A stretch of DNA of 64,000 nucleotides from a virus: the IMG/VR virus record IMGVR_UViG_3300043424_000514, positions 8,871-72,870 of that record, one strand, 5' to 3'. Position numbers and translations under genes: made by a program. The notes beneath the pieces are model-generated. The model saw only the letters and a list, made by a program, of their open reading frames with translations. It was not told where the DNA came from and made no database searches. The stretch's first letter is position 1; every line of letters begins with the position of its first letter. Shown piece after piece: positions 45,778-55,568 of this stretch.

Positions 45778-47391
45778 TTATGCTTTTACTGAACGCAACA
45801 ACCTCACAAGCGCATCGGCCAGCCCCCACAGGCTTTCGCGGCTGATGTAATAATCGAAGTGCTCCTTCAAGTTCTTCGTCCGGTCGATGGAAGAACAGCA
45901 CAGGCCGAGGGTTTGCAGCCCCCGCTCGCGCAGCGCAGCGCGGTCGATCGGGTTATCGGTGATCTCGCCGTCGGTGTAGATGATGGCGAGCCTGTCCTTG
46001 GACACCTCGTCGAAGCAGTTCTTCGAGGTCTTGCGGTGGGCGGGGCTGGGGCTCAAGGCCAGACCGAACCCCTCGGCTGAACTCCAACCGCGGGCCAACT
46101 GCGCTTGCGCGTAGCTCTTGATGGGCAACTCCGTCTTGTAGTTCACGCCGCCCTCGGAGCAGAAGTAGGCCGTGCATTTGATCTTCTTCTTGCCTGCGAG
46201 GATCGACAGCGCCATGAGCAAGACGCGGCCTGCACGATCGGTCGGGAGCGAGGTCGTCTTCTCCCGATCAACGAAGCAGTTGTAATACGCCATCGAGCCC
46301 GAGCAGTCGATGAGCAAAGACAAATGCGGGACGCCGTTGTTGCCGATGACCTTGCCGATGTAGGGCAGGTCGTAGCATTTGCGGAGGATCGCCCGCAGGT
46401 TGAGCTTGGAGGTCGGTCGGCTGGTCGCCCCCTTGGTGGTGCCCACCCCCTTGAAGGCGGTGGCAAGCATTCGGGCGAGGCGGACGGCGAGGTAGTGCTC
46501 CCGCTTCTGGTCGTCTCCACTGACGCCTGACAGCGACTCTTCCTCGGAGAGGGAGGACAGGGTTCCGTGGGCCTTCATCTCCTCCCCTTTGCTGGTGCCT
46601 GTCGTCTCGCCTTCCTCGTCGCCTGGCTTCTTGGGGACATGGAGCACGGCTTCACCGCAAGCAGTCATAGCGTCCTTGAGGTCGCCGGTGCCGAGCCCGC
46701 CCGCTTTCTCGATCGAGTCGTCGCTGGTGCGAGGGAACTCTTTGAGCCAGTCGATTAGCACGGGGATCAAATTCTCGGTGCTAGAAGTCCTGCGAATGCG
46801 GTTGAAGTATTTCAAAACCGTATCGAAGAACGGTAGCACTCGGAAGGTCGCCTGAAACTTTCGGGACAACTTGCGGGAGAATCCCGAGCAGTCGTTCTTC
46901 ATCCAGTAGAGCAGCGCCGAGGGTGTGACTTTCGAGATGTCCTCGGGATACTTCTCCCAAGTCATCCACTTGAAGGCCCGCCTGCGGAGGCGGGACCAGA
47001 TGGTCTCGATGCGGATGTCCTCGAAGAGGTTCATCAAACGCCAAGGGATGTTGTGTTTCTTGAGCGCATCGTTGAGTTCCTTGAGGTTCTTGGTGGTGAA
47101 GCGGGAGTGCGCCGCCTCGTGCTCATAGACCTCGGTGAACAGCTTGGGCACCGACCGGCGAACGCCGCTCCCTAGGGAGGGGGTGGCGATCGTATCGTAG
47201 GCCAGAGGCGAGATCATAATCTCATGCTTCTTGGTGTCGTGGTTGTAGGTCCAGCACCCCGTCTTGCAGGGGTGGGACGGCGGGAGAACTCCGAGCGAGT
47301 AAGCCTCGGTCAGGGTTCCCTTGGAGCGGAGCTTGATGTGAGCCGCTTCGACGAGCGAGCGGATGTGTGTGGTCAGTTTGATCTTGGACAT
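45778..47391 (-). CDS. metallopeptidase-like + vWA domain protein (CobT/NorD-like partner of MoxR ATPase)
   Basis: HEAAH...NLFEDIRIE; MIDAS LLIDCSGSM; IYTDG. Confidence 0.85.
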   Translation of the reverse strand: MSKIKLTTHIRSLVEAAHIKLRSKGTLTEAYSLGVLPPSHPCKTGCWTYNHDTKKHEIMISPLAYDTIATPSLGSGVRRSVPKLFTEVYEHEAAHSRFTTKNLKELNDALKKHNIPWRLMNLFEDIRIETIWSRLRRRAFKWMTWEKYPEDISKVTPSALLYWMKNDCSGFSRKLSRKFQATFRVLPFFDTVLKYFNRIRRTSSTENLIPVLIDWLKEFPRTSDDSIEKAGGLGTGDLKDAMTACGEAVLHVPKKPGDEEGETTGTSKGEEMKAHGTLSSLSEEESLSGVSGDDQKREHYLAVRLARMLATAFKGVGTTKGATSRPTSKLNLRAILRKCYDLPYIGKVIGNNGVPHLSLLIDCSGSMAYYNCFVDREKTTSLPTDRAGRVLLMALSILAGKKKIKCTAYFCSEGGVNYKTELPIKSYAQAQLARGWSSAEGFGLALSPSPAHRKTSKNCFDEVSKDRLAIIYTDGEITDNPIDRAALRERGLQTLGLCCSSIDRTKNLKEHFDYYISRESLWGLADALVRLLRSVKA

Positions 47392-47425
47392 GGTTGTGTT
47401 TCCTTTCTTGTTGGTTGTTTGGTTA

Positions 47426-48847
47426 TTACTTGGCGGACGGGCCGAACGCTTTGGCGAGGGCTTCGTTCACCTTCTTGACTTGCTCGGTTTCGGGCAGGCC
47501 CTCGATCGTCTCGGCGACCCAGATGTTCATACCCAGCAGGCGCAGGGATGTCGGGACATCGGCCTCGTCGATCGCATACAGCAATGCTTCGGAGAGGATG
47601 CGAGTGGTGGGGCGCACCTCGATGAAGCTATCGGCGGCAAGCACGCCGCACTCTTTCCAGAAGGCGATGATCTTATCGACCACGGCGGGGGTGAACCCTT
47701 TCGCCTTGGCCGCAGCCGACAGGACAGCACGCAGCTTGGCCTCCTCGACCTCGACATGGACGATGACGAAGCGTTCTTTGCCAGCAGGGCAGTCGGCATT
47801 GACATCGAACTTCGCGCCGACATTGGTGGTGGCGGCGACGGCGAGGTTCTCCTTGGGGCACAGGATTTCCTCGGTGCTCTCGACGCCGGTGACGGGATCG
47901 ACAATCGGGCGACCCGTGTTGAGTGCGTAGTAGAGCTTGCCGTCGATCTCACGGGCGCTGAACGGGGTCAGCAACGACTGGCGGGCGGCACCTTGGGCGC
48001 GGTAGATTTCGTCAAGCAGAACGAATACCTTCTTGCCCGCGGCGGCGAGTCGCCATGCACGGGTGAGCGGGCCGTCCACCCAATCGGTCTTGGCTGTGCC
48101 GAAGCCGAACATATCCGACGGCATCGTCTCAGGCTGGAAGCCGAACTCGATGTAGGCATCGAACTTCTTGCCCCATGCACGAGCGCCGTAGGTCTTGCCA
48201 CTGCCCTGCCCGCCCTTGATGAGCACCGGCTTGAGGGCGGCACCAGGCTGGCAGAATCTCTCGAAGCACAGGGTTGTCGTGTCTTCGCTTGTCGGCGCAG
48301 TTGTGATCCCTAGGACAGGGGCAATCACGGCGGTAACGGCGGAGTTGCCCCGCTCGATGGCGTCTTTGACGAGGTCGGTCAACTCGTCGAGCTTGTTGTT
48401 GCGCTTTGCCAGCGAGTCGGACATGACGCGGTGCCCTTCCTTCAAAGCCTCGATGTCGGGGAGCAGGGTCGGAGGTAGCTCCACTGCGGCAGGCGAGTGC
48501 GCCTTCATCTCCACGCGGACCGAGAGTTCGTCGATTGCTTCAGCGAAGGTGGTGCTGGCCGACTCGATGCGGGAGGTCAACTCGTCAAGCTGCGGTTGCA
48601 CTGCGGCCTTGAGGGCGGCGGCAAGCAAGGCGGTCTCTCCCCCTGTGGGCGAGGTAGGGGCTGACGCGCCGAAGGTGCGGGCCTTGGCCTCGTCGCCTGT
48701 GATCTCCCCCTTGAGGTAGGCTTTGAGGATTCCGCTATTGGCGGTGCTCACCCAAGTTCCGGTGGCGGTGGCTTTCACAGCCTTGCGGGCTTCGGTGTAG
48801 CCGAGGGCGTCGATTTGTGCGGTGGTGAGTGTCGTTAGCTTTGTCAT
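47426..48847 (-). CDS. MoxR/CbbQ-type AAA+ ATPase
   Basis: Walker A GGQGSGKT, WVDGPLTRA, Walker B LLDEI, AATTN sensor, KERF. Confidence 0.88.
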   Translation of the reverse strand: MTKLTTLTTAQIDALGYTEARKAVKATATGTWVSTANSGILKAYLKGEITGDEAKARTFGASAPTSPTGGETALLAAALKAAVQPQLDELTSRIESASTTFAEAIDELSVRVEMKAHSPAAVELPPTLLPDIEALKEGHRVMSDSLAKRNNKLDELTDLVKDAIERGNSAVTAVIAPVLGITTAPTSEDTTTLCFERFCQPGAALKPVLIKGGQGSGKTYGARAWGKKFDAYIEFGFQPETMPSDMFGFGTAKTDWVDGPLTRAWRLAAAGKKVFVLLDEIYRAQGAARQSLLTPFSAREIDGKLYYALNTGRPIVDPVTGVESTEEILCPKENLAVAATTNVGAKFDVNADCPAGKERFVIVHVEVEEAKLRAVLSAAAKAKGFTPAVVDKIIAFWKECGVLAADSFIEVRPTTRILSEALLYAIDEADVPTSLRLLGMNIWVAETIEGLPETEQVKKVNEALAKAFGPSAK

Positions 48848-48886
48848 GTTGTTGGTCTTTCTATTGTTGGTTTGGTTGTTTGGTTA

Positions 48887-49558
48887 TTATTCTGCGGGGT
48901 TAATCTTTGTTTTCTTGGGGCGCAAGCGGTTGACCATCTTGCGGAGATATTTGATGTTGTCTTGTGCCGCCTCGATGCAGTTCTCTGGGGTGGCTGATTT
49001 GCCGTAGCGCCAGTTGTTAAGCTGGTCTTGTCCGGTGCTGGCGCAGTCCAGGCAATACTCTGCCCATCCTGCGAAGTGTTCGATGCTCCGGCCTTCGAGG
49101 TGATACCAAAGGTCGTCGAGTATAGACTCGCAGACTTCGTCGCCTTCGCGTTCATCCCATCCGGCAACAGGTTCGTAGTCGCCGCATCCGGCGATGCTGT
49201 CCTCACGGACAACGAACCAAGTCTTGCCGTCCTTCCTGCCCTGTTCGATAGCCTGAACGCTCTCGTGCCACCCCGTTTCGCAGTCCGACTCGCCGCAGTT
49301 CCATGCGTTGCCGACATCCTCGGCCTCACCATCCCACTCGAAGTCGCCTTCTGGGCAATGAGCAAACAAGGACTCCTCGGTGATCTTGGTGCGGTTGACT
49401 GGCTTGAACAGCTTGGCCTTGAGCTTATAGATTTCAGACTGTAAGCGGGCGACTTGCTTCTCCTGTTCTGGGGTTAGGGGGTTCTCCGCTTCTTCCTCTT
49501 GATTGTAGAGGTGCTTGTCGGGGTCGAGGTAGTCGTTATGTGCAGATGTGAATGACAT
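48887..49558 (-). CDS. acidic hypothetical early protein
   Basis: 223-aa ORF bracketed by shared leaders. Confidence 0.65.
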   Translation of the reverse strand: MSFTSAHNDYLDPDKHLYNQEEEAENPLTPEQEKQVARLQSEIYKLKAKLFKPVNRTKITEESLFAHCPEGDFEWDGEAEDVGNAWNCGESDCETGWHESVQAIEQGRKDGKTWFVVREDSIAGCGDYEPVAGWDEREGDEVCESILDDLWYHLEGRSIEHFAGWAEYCLDCASTGQDQLNNWRYGKSATPENCIEAAQDNIKYLRKMVNRLRPKKTKINPAE

Positions 49559-49597
49559 GGTTTGGTTTCTTTCTTTGTTGGTTTAGTTGTTGGGTTA

Positions 49598-49987
49598 TTA
49601 TTCTCCGAAGTAAAAGCAACGGGAGTAATCAAGAAGCACTCTCTCGTCGTCGTTGGTGATGGGAAGTCGCTCCCATGAGGTGAACCAATCTTGATACTCC
49701 AAGGTGGCGCTTTCAGGATCGCCGAAGCAATCAAGCTGACCGAGGATTCGGACGGCGGGGCCTCCGGTGCAGAGGAGAATTTGGAACTCTCCAGCTTTTA
49801 ACTCGCTTGGAGTTGAGGCCCAATCGGAGCGCACCTCTACGGACAAGGGGTCTTCTTGGATGGATGTCATTGCATCCTCGCGGGCGTCCTCGTCGGGGGA
49901 ATTGAGGGCGGCGACCATCTCTCGGATGGAGTCAAGTTGCGAGGCGGCTTGTTGTTGGGCGCGGTTGTTTTCAGTGTCTTTGTTCAT
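49598..49987 (-). CDS. hypothetical early protein
   Basis: ILLCTGGPAVRI.G...LEYQDW motif; shared leader. Confidence 0.7.
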   Translation of the reverse strand: MNKDTENNRAQQQAASQLDSIREMVAALNSPDEDAREDAMTSIQEDPLSVEVRSDWASTPSELKAGEFQILLCTGGPAVRILGQLDCFGDPESATLEYQDWFTSWERLPITNDDERVLLDYSRCFYFGE

Positions 49988-50022
49988 GGCTATGTATCCT
50001 TTCTTTGTTGGTTGTTGGGTTA

Positions 50023-50247
50023 TTATTCTGCGGGGGAATCAAGGGCGGCGAGGAATTCGCGGGCGGCATCGACATCGGTGTCGTCCGCCGCAGGGTGGAT
50101 CAGACGGGAGACAATGGACTTCGTCTCAGTAAGCAAGAGCAGCCACGCCTTCTCGGCATGGAGCCCTTCCCTGTGGTGGTCTTCGCAATACTCGGACAAG
50201 GCCCAGTGGAGGGTGTCGAGTGCGCCGGTAAGTTTATGTTTGCTCAT
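50023..50247 (-). CDS. hypothetical early protein
   Basis: shared leader and SD. Confidence 0.6.
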   Translation of the reverse strand: MSKHKLTGALDTLHWALSEYCEDHHREGLHAEKAWLLLLTETKSIVSRLIHPAADDTDVDAAREFLAALDSPAE

Positions 50248-50269
50248 AGGTTGTTTCCTTTCTTGTTGG

Positions 50270-50605
50270 TTAGCGGTATCGGGAGAGAGTTGAATACATA
50301 GGCTTTAATGTGGCTTGGACAGCCCAATGGTGTAGACCTGCCAAGTCGTCATACTCGTGTTCCACGAGCTTCCCGAATCGTTTGAAAGGGGCGCTCGCCT
50401 CAACTTGCTGAATTAAGTTAAGCAACTTTTCATTTTTGTATTCCCCGTAATAAATGTGCTGCGGTCCAGATATTACGAGTATCCACTTATTAGGTGCCCA
50501 CGAGTGAGTCACTTGTCTGATGCTGAAACCATTAACGCCACGGGGCATCTCCTTGTTTGCGGCTCGGACTAAATCAAGCGCGGTGTCGATGGGGTCTATG
50601 CTCAT
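50270..50605 (-). CDS. hypothetical early protein (AT-richer)
   Basis: shared leader and SD. Confidence 0.6.
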   Translation of the reverse strand: MSIDPIDTALDLVRAANKEMPRGVNGFSIRQVTHSWAPNKWILVISGPQHIYYGEYKNEKLLNLIQQVEASAPFKRFGKLVEHEYDDLAGLHHWAVQATLKPMYSTLSRYR

Positions 50606-50635
50606 TGGTTTGTTTCCTTTCTTGTTGGTTGGTTA

Positions 50636-51043
50636 TTACTCGTAACGAGGGGCTGATTCTTTGCTGTTGTCTGATTGCCCTGGGGAGGATTCGACTGTGA
50701 CCCACAGGTCTCCGCCATCGCTCCACCCTAGGGGGATATACCCCTCGTCATGGTAGGCGGTGTCGATGTCGGGCAGGTTAGCCATGGCAGCATGGCGGGA
50801 CGGGGCCTCGGCGCGGTTGGCCTTGGCGACAAGGGCCTTGGCTACTTCGAGCCACTTCTCGGCGACGCTGCGGGTGGCAAAGGGGACGGTGCCGTGAAGG
50901 GCGTTCACGGTATACCACCACCCGCCTTCTTCTGGCCCGCCGTAGCAGCGTTCTCTCCGATACACGGAGACCCAAGCGGGGCTGGCTTGCTCGAATTCGG
51001 TGTGGGCTTCGATCTTTTCTACGAGTTGTTCGATGAGGTTCAT
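50636..51043 (-). CDS. hypothetical early protein
   Basis: R.YGGPEEGGWWY motif; shared leader. Confidence 0.7.
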   Translation of the reverse strand: MNLIEQLVEKIEAHTEFEQASPAWVSVYRRERCYGGPEEGGWWYTVNALHGTVPFATRSVAEKWLEVAKALVAKANRAEAPSRHAAMANLPDIDTAYHDEGYIPLGWSDGGDLWVTVESSPGQSDNSKESAPRYE

Positions 51044-51069
51044 AGGTTGTTTCCTTTCTTGTTGGGTTG

Positions 51070-51258
51070 TTACTTGGATGCTTTTGCGATGCGATAAAGG
51101 AGTATCTCGCGCAAGGTCGATCCCCTAGGGAGGTCTCGCACGAACTCAAACGCACGGCTTAACTCCTCGACGCTGGGTAAAGGGGCGTCGTGCGACAGGT
51201 GGTTGGCGACATTGATGTGACCAGCCTCAATGAGCAATGGTATGTGTGGGTGTTTCAT
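51070..51258 (-). CDS. hypothetical early protein
   Basis: start placed after shared leader. Confidence 0.55.
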   Translation of the reverse strand: MKHPHIPLLIEAGHINVANHLSHDAPLPSVEELSRAFEFVRDLPRGSTLREILLYRIAKASK

Positions 51259-51281
51259 TTGTTTCCTTTCTTGGTTGGTTA

Positions 51282-51578
51282 TTACTCTTCGTTTTCTGCG
51301 GCTTCCTCTGCGGTGCGCCAGCATTCTTCGTAGTAGGTGTTGTTGTCGTGCCGCTCCTTGGTAGCCAGATGACCGAGGTGGTTACAGAAGTGGTGCGGCG
51401 GGCCGATAATGATCCACTCGGAGCCGTCGTCTCCTTCGGATGTTGTGACTGACCATATCTGGTCGTCGTCAAAGCCTGCGTCTTTGGCTTCCTTCCAACT
51501 TTGGAAGTAGTCTCCGTCTGGTCGCCGGATTTCTTCATAGGGGAAGTCGCAATCAAAGCAGATGTTCATTGGTTTCAT
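51282..51578 (-). CDS. acidic hypothetical early protein
   Basis: start placed after shared leader. Confidence 0.6.
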   Translation of the reverse strand: MKPMNICFDCDFPYEEIRRPDGDYFQSWKEAKDAGFDDDQIWSVTTSEGDDGSEWIIIGPPHHFCNHLGHLATKERHDNNTYYEECWRTAEEAAENEE

Positions 51579-51597
51579 TTGGTTGTTTCCTTTCTTG

Positions 51598-51852
51598 TTA
51601 TCCTTCAACGATTCGGAAGTCGTCGGCATCTTGCCAGTAGGGTTGGAAGACCAAGTCCTGCCAGAAGGGGCTGTCCCAAACACCGCACTCAAAAGAGTCT
51701 TCACACTCATCGAGTTCCTTGGCGACCGCTTGCTCGGCGGCGGCTTGGGACTCGGCTTCGATCTCGATCTCGGCGTAGGCCGGAACGGTTACTGCTACGG
51801 TTACTTTGTATTTTTTAGGTGCCCAAATAGTTTCTATTTTATCGAGTTGCAT
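51598..51852 (-). CDS. hypothetical protein, DpnD/PcfM-like N-terminus
   Basis: KYKVTV......IEIEAES...AEQ pattern. Confidence 0.55.
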   Translation of the reverse strand: MQLDKIETIWAPKKYKVTVAVTVPAYAEIEIEAESQAAAEQAVAKELDECEDSFECGVWDSPFWQDLVFQPYWQDADDFRIVEG

Positions 51853-51871
51853 ATTGGTTAGTTTCCTTTCT

Positions 51872-52129
51872 TTAGTTTGCTGCGTCTCTAACTCGATCCC
51901 AGTTCGTGCCGTAGTTGGCGTCGAAGTAGTGATCTAGGTTGTCTGCGGTTGCGATATGGGCAGGATCGTTCCAGTCAACGGGGTCGGGTGAGGCGTCCCC
52001 ATCCTCATCGACGGAGAAATCCTCTGGAGTCCAAGCCTCCAGATAGACCATCGGATACTTCGCTCGGAAGACTTTGAGGTCTTCGTAGAAGGTGTCGGCG
52101 GGGTTGTTGGGTTTGGTTTTCTTGCTCAT
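51872..52129 (-). CDS. acidic hypothetical early protein
   Basis: shared leader. Confidence 0.6.
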   Translation of the reverse strand: MSKKTKPNNPADTFYEDLKVFRAKYPMVYLEAWTPEDFSVDEDGDASPDPVDWNDPAHIATADNLDHYFDANYGTNWDRVRDAAN

Positions 52130-52244
52130 TGGTTTGTTCTTTCTATTGTTGGTTGTTGATGTGGATGTTCTGGAGGGAACAAAGGGTTTCTGTTATTCGA
52201 TAACAGGCTCCCTAGGGAACGAGGTTACTCTCCCTAGGGAGGGG

Positions 52245-53426
52245 TTAAGACACCGCTGCCGCTGATCCGTTCAATCCTTTTTTGTTTAGGAATGCGACGA
52301 GTTCTCGGTAGCGGTTGCGCCGTGAGGGGTGGTTGACGAAATCGCAGAAGCACTCGGCGGTGATGTCACGCAGGCTGACGACACGGACAAACTCGACGAG
52401 GGCCGCAACGAACTGGACATTCTTGAGGAAGCTGGACTTCTTGAGTGTCGCACGGAAGGCACGAACCTCGATGCGGTCGCCCTCACGAATGGCGGCGGCG
52501 GCATAGCGTCCGGTGTAGGGGTCGCGAGCCCAAGGAACTACGACATCATAGTTTGCGAACCCATTGGACCCACGGCCTGTGACCTTCTCGCAGAACTTCC
52601 GATTGACAGGGAAGAACCGGAGGAACTTGACCTGTTGCAAGCGGGTCAGCGAACTGCGGCGGATGCTGATGTGGATGCCGTAGCCTGTGCCTGCATCCCA
52701 TCCGATTGCCTTGCCCCGTATGTCGTCGAGGAACCCAGACCAATTCCCTTTGCGGTAGGTGCGGAGGCCGAGAGGCGGGGCGACAATCTCCACGCCAAGC
52801 TGCTCATGCAACGAGCCGTCCCTCTCGGGGATGAATCCGTGATCCTTTGCGGCAAAGCAAATGTCGTTTAGGGATTCTTTGTTGCTGGCGCATATCTCCA
52901 ACTCGACACCGAACAAGTCGGCGAGGGGGTCGTGTTTCTTCCACAGGTTTCGAGTGTATTGATCCCCGTGGTATTGCCCTCGACCTGATGATTCCTCATC
53001 CTCATCCTCCGGCTCTGGCTCCCAATGGTAGTCGCCATCGCTGTCCCAGTGGTAGAGGTCGTCTTGGTGTTCTTCATAGCAGACGGTGTAGCCGTCCACC
53101 TCGACGCTACTAAAATTATTATCGCTGAAATAATTATCGGAGTGTTCGCAGAAGAAGGCGTTGTTGCCAGTGCAACAACCGCACCATTGCTCCTCGTGAC
53201 CACGACGGTTGACAATGACGGTCCGGCTGTCATCGGAAGGGTGGCAATCACCGCAATGGCCGCAGTCGAAGGTGTCCTCCGTGTAGTGAATGTCGCCATC
53301 GTAGGTGGTGCAATAGTCGCTCCCGTCGATGATGCCTTGAGCCACGAGCCAGTCGCAGAGTTCCTCGGTTCTCTTGCTGGGGCGGGTGTTCTGCCAAACT
53401 TTGCGGATGTAGTCTTTGAGTTTCAT
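52245..53426 (-). CDS. putative amidoligase (COOH-NH2 ligase) with N-terminal Cys-rich zinc ribbons
   Basis: FGVELEI, ERDGSL, GVEIV..P, GIHISI, IEVRAFR motifs. Confidence 0.85.
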   Translation of the reverse strand: MKLKDYIRKVWQNTRPSKRTEELCDWLVAQGIIDGSDYCTTYDGDIHYTEDTFDCGHCGDCHPSDDSRTVIVNRRGHEEQWCGCCTGNNAFFCEHSDNYFSDNNFSSVEVDGYTVCYEEHQDDLYHWDSDGDYHWEPEPEDEDEESSGRGQYHGDQYTRNLWKKHDPLADLFGVELEICASNKESLNDICFAAKDHGFIPERDGSLHEQLGVEIVAPPLGLRTYRKGNWSGFLDDIRGKAIGWDAGTGYGIHISIRRSSLTRLQQVKFLRFFPVNRKFCEKVTGRGSNGFANYDVVVPWARDPYTGRYAAAAIREGDRIEVRAFRATLKKSSFLKNVQFVAALVEFVRVVSLRDITAECFCDFVNHPSRRNRYRELVAFLNKKGLNGSAAAVS

Positions 53427-53456
53427 AATGTCTCCTTTGGTTGTTGGGTTATTACA

Positions 53457-54323
53457 TCAAAGCGGGATCGAACTGCCGTAGGTTCGATAATTGAAATCGT
53501 CGCAGGAGAAGACTGCCTCGTAGAGGTCATCGAATCTGTCGGAGTAGGCGAGGATTTCCTCGGGCAACATCCCGATCTTTAGCGCGTCATCGACGAGCCA
53601 CTCACCATCGACGCCGAGCTTTTCCCGTGCCCTTGCTAGTCGGCGGATGTCTTTCTTGCCATACTCAAGGGCGGTCGATGCGCTCCAGCCGGTGCATGAC
53701 CAATCCTCCCTGTTATCGGATAACAGAGGGCGATTGAATCCGTAGCCGTAGCAGACCTTCTCGTAGCTGTCGTTGCTATACCAGATGCTCGGAGACTTCT
53801 CGTCGTCCCAATGCCCAGCCTCCTCGTTGATGAGGAGGTAGCGTCCGTCCTCGTGGAGGAAGGCGAGCTTCGATCCCCCGATGCTCTGGGCAAAGAGGAA
53901 CTGGATCGCGTTGCAATTCCACAGGGACTCAGGGTCGCGATCGGCAATGGGCTTGATGACCTGCTCGACATAGTGCCAGGTGTCCGAGTGTTCTTTGGAT
54001 ATGCTCTGTGCAATCGGGATGATCCCGTTGTGCGCCATGTGAACGGCGCTCGATACCTCGAAGGGGTGGCAGTTGGCTTCGTTCTTCAGGCCCGCTGTGG
54101 CGAGTCGGAAGTGGACGATGCCTTGCTCCATTGCGAAGGGTCGGTATGCCTCGATGAAGTCGGAGTATTTGAAGAAGCCACGCTCCCTGTGGAGGTAGCT
54201 TGTCCCGTCCTCGTTGACCATGCGGACGACGAAGCCTGCGCCGTGTGGGTTGGCGCTGAAGGCGGTCTCCAAGTGATCCTCGGGGATGGTGATGTTGGCA
54301 TTTTTATAGATGAGTAGGCACAT
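53457..54323 (-). CDS. class II glutamine amidotransferase
   Basis: N-terminal MC, NPHGAG, HFRLAT.G, NCHPF, HNGI, SDT motifs. Confidence 0.9.
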   Translation of the reverse strand: MCLLIYKNANITIPEDHLETAFSANPHGAGFVVRMVNEDGTSYLHRERGFFKYSDFIEAYRPFAMEQGIVHFRLATAGLKNEANCHPFEVSSAVHMAHNGIIPIAQSISKEHSDTWHYVEQVIKPIADRDPESLWNCNAIQFLFAQSIGGSKLAFLHEDGRYLLINEEAGHWDDEKSPSIWYSNDSYEKVCYGYGFNRPLLSDNREDWSCTGWSASTALEYGKKDIRRLARAREKLGVDGEWLVDDALKIGMLPEEILAYSDRFDDLYEAVFSCDDFNYRTYGSSIPL

Positions 54324-54451
54324 ATTATTTATCTTTCTTTTTGTTTGGTTTGCGGCGGTAAAACAAAAGGGAGTTACACCATGTAACTCCCCTTCGTGCA
54401 GCCTTGCCGCTTGGCTACAAAGTTTCTTTGTTTAAGGTTTTCTTAAACGGG

Positions 54452-54865
54452 TTAGTAGAGGTCGCGATCAGCAGGGGTTCCCGCATCGACTACTCGGAAC
54501 TCCGTTGAATACTCGCCTCGGTAGTCAGCCAAGGCGTCAACTTCAGTAGCATAGATCGCAGTTTCATACTCCCCTTTCATCTTGAAATCAGCCCATCCGT
54601 CAAGGTAGCGGACCTGAACCTTGAACCTAGTCAACTTGACTGCTTCATAGTCAGGGCGGTTCAAGGTATAAAGCAAGTAGTCCTGATTGGATTTCGTTGC
54701 TTCGAGCAGGGTCCCGCAGTTATGCCAAGAGGATGATTCGATTGGGCACATCCACGACTCACCTGTGATTAGGTTTGTCACTCGGTAAGGGCAGTCAGTT
54801 GCATTGATGTCCACGATTTCAACTTTGAGGTCGTGGATGTAGTGGGTTATGTTAGTCTTGCTCAT
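54452..54865 (-). CDS. hypothetical early protein
   Basis: start after shared leader; C-terminal domain paralogous to 55569-55976. Confidence 0.6.
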   Translation of the reverse strand: MSKTNITHYIHDLKVEIVDINATDCPYRVTNLITGESWMCPIESSSWHNCGTLLEATKSNQDYLLYTLNRPDYEAVKLTRFKVQVRYLDGWADFKMKGEYETAIYATEVDALADYRGEYSTEFRVVDAGTPADRDLY

Positions 54866-54884
54866 AATCAGTTTCCTTTCTTTG

Positions 54885-55532
54885 TTAGTGACCTCCCTCG
54901 TAAGTGCGGCCTGCTTTGATGGTGCCGTCGGACAGGAAATGAATGATGAACCCATCCCCCAAGTCATTGCTCGGCATGACATCCGCTATGTGGTAAACCC
55001 CATCGGGGCGGCAACCTACATACTGCCCGTAAGGCCAGATTCTAACGGTCGTCCCACCAAATTGCGTTTCCACATACCACTCTCGCGGCTTGACCGAACC
55101 CCTGAACCCAGCAACCGAGCCTATTTTGAAGTCGGCTTTGTAAGTTTGGTAGTCGATCCACCCGAAAAGATGGAGGACTGAAGTTAAGTCCGCAGTCTTG
55201 TCGGGGAAGTGTTCGTCGATGAAGTAGTGCATCGAGCCGCGATCCATGCGGGAGTATTCCAACTCCCTCACATCACTTTCACTTAGCTGGTTTTCTGTAT
55301 TGGGTGGTGGCTCTGCGTCCAGAATCCCATCCGAGTCTTCGACAACCTCGAAGCGATCTGCGTCCCAGACAAAGGGGTAGGGAGCCTTGTCATCGAGGAC
55401 AAACCCTCGCTTTACGATAGCCCCTTTATGGTCACGCCCCTTGTCGATGATGAGGTTGACCTTGTGAACTTCACCCTCAACAAGCAGGTCGAAGTAACCA
55501 CGCTTAACTTTAACTTTAAGATATTTAATCAT
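54885..55532 (-). CDS. hypothetical early protein
   Basis: 215-aa ORF with GAAAGGAAAC SD. Confidence 0.6.
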   Translation of the reverse strand: MIKYLKVKVKRGYFDLLVEGEVHKVNLIIDKGRDHKGAIVKRGFVLDDKAPYPFVWDADRFEVVEDSDGILDAEPPPNTENQLSESDVRELEYSRMDRGSMHYFIDEHFPDKTADLTSVLHLFGWIDYQTYKADFKIGSVAGFRGSVKPREWYVETQFGGTTVRIWPYGQYVGCRPDGVYHIADVMPSNDLGDGFIIHFLSDGTIKAGRTYEGGH

Positions 55533-55568
55533 AGTTTCCTTTCTTTGTTTAAGGTTTTCTTAAACGAG

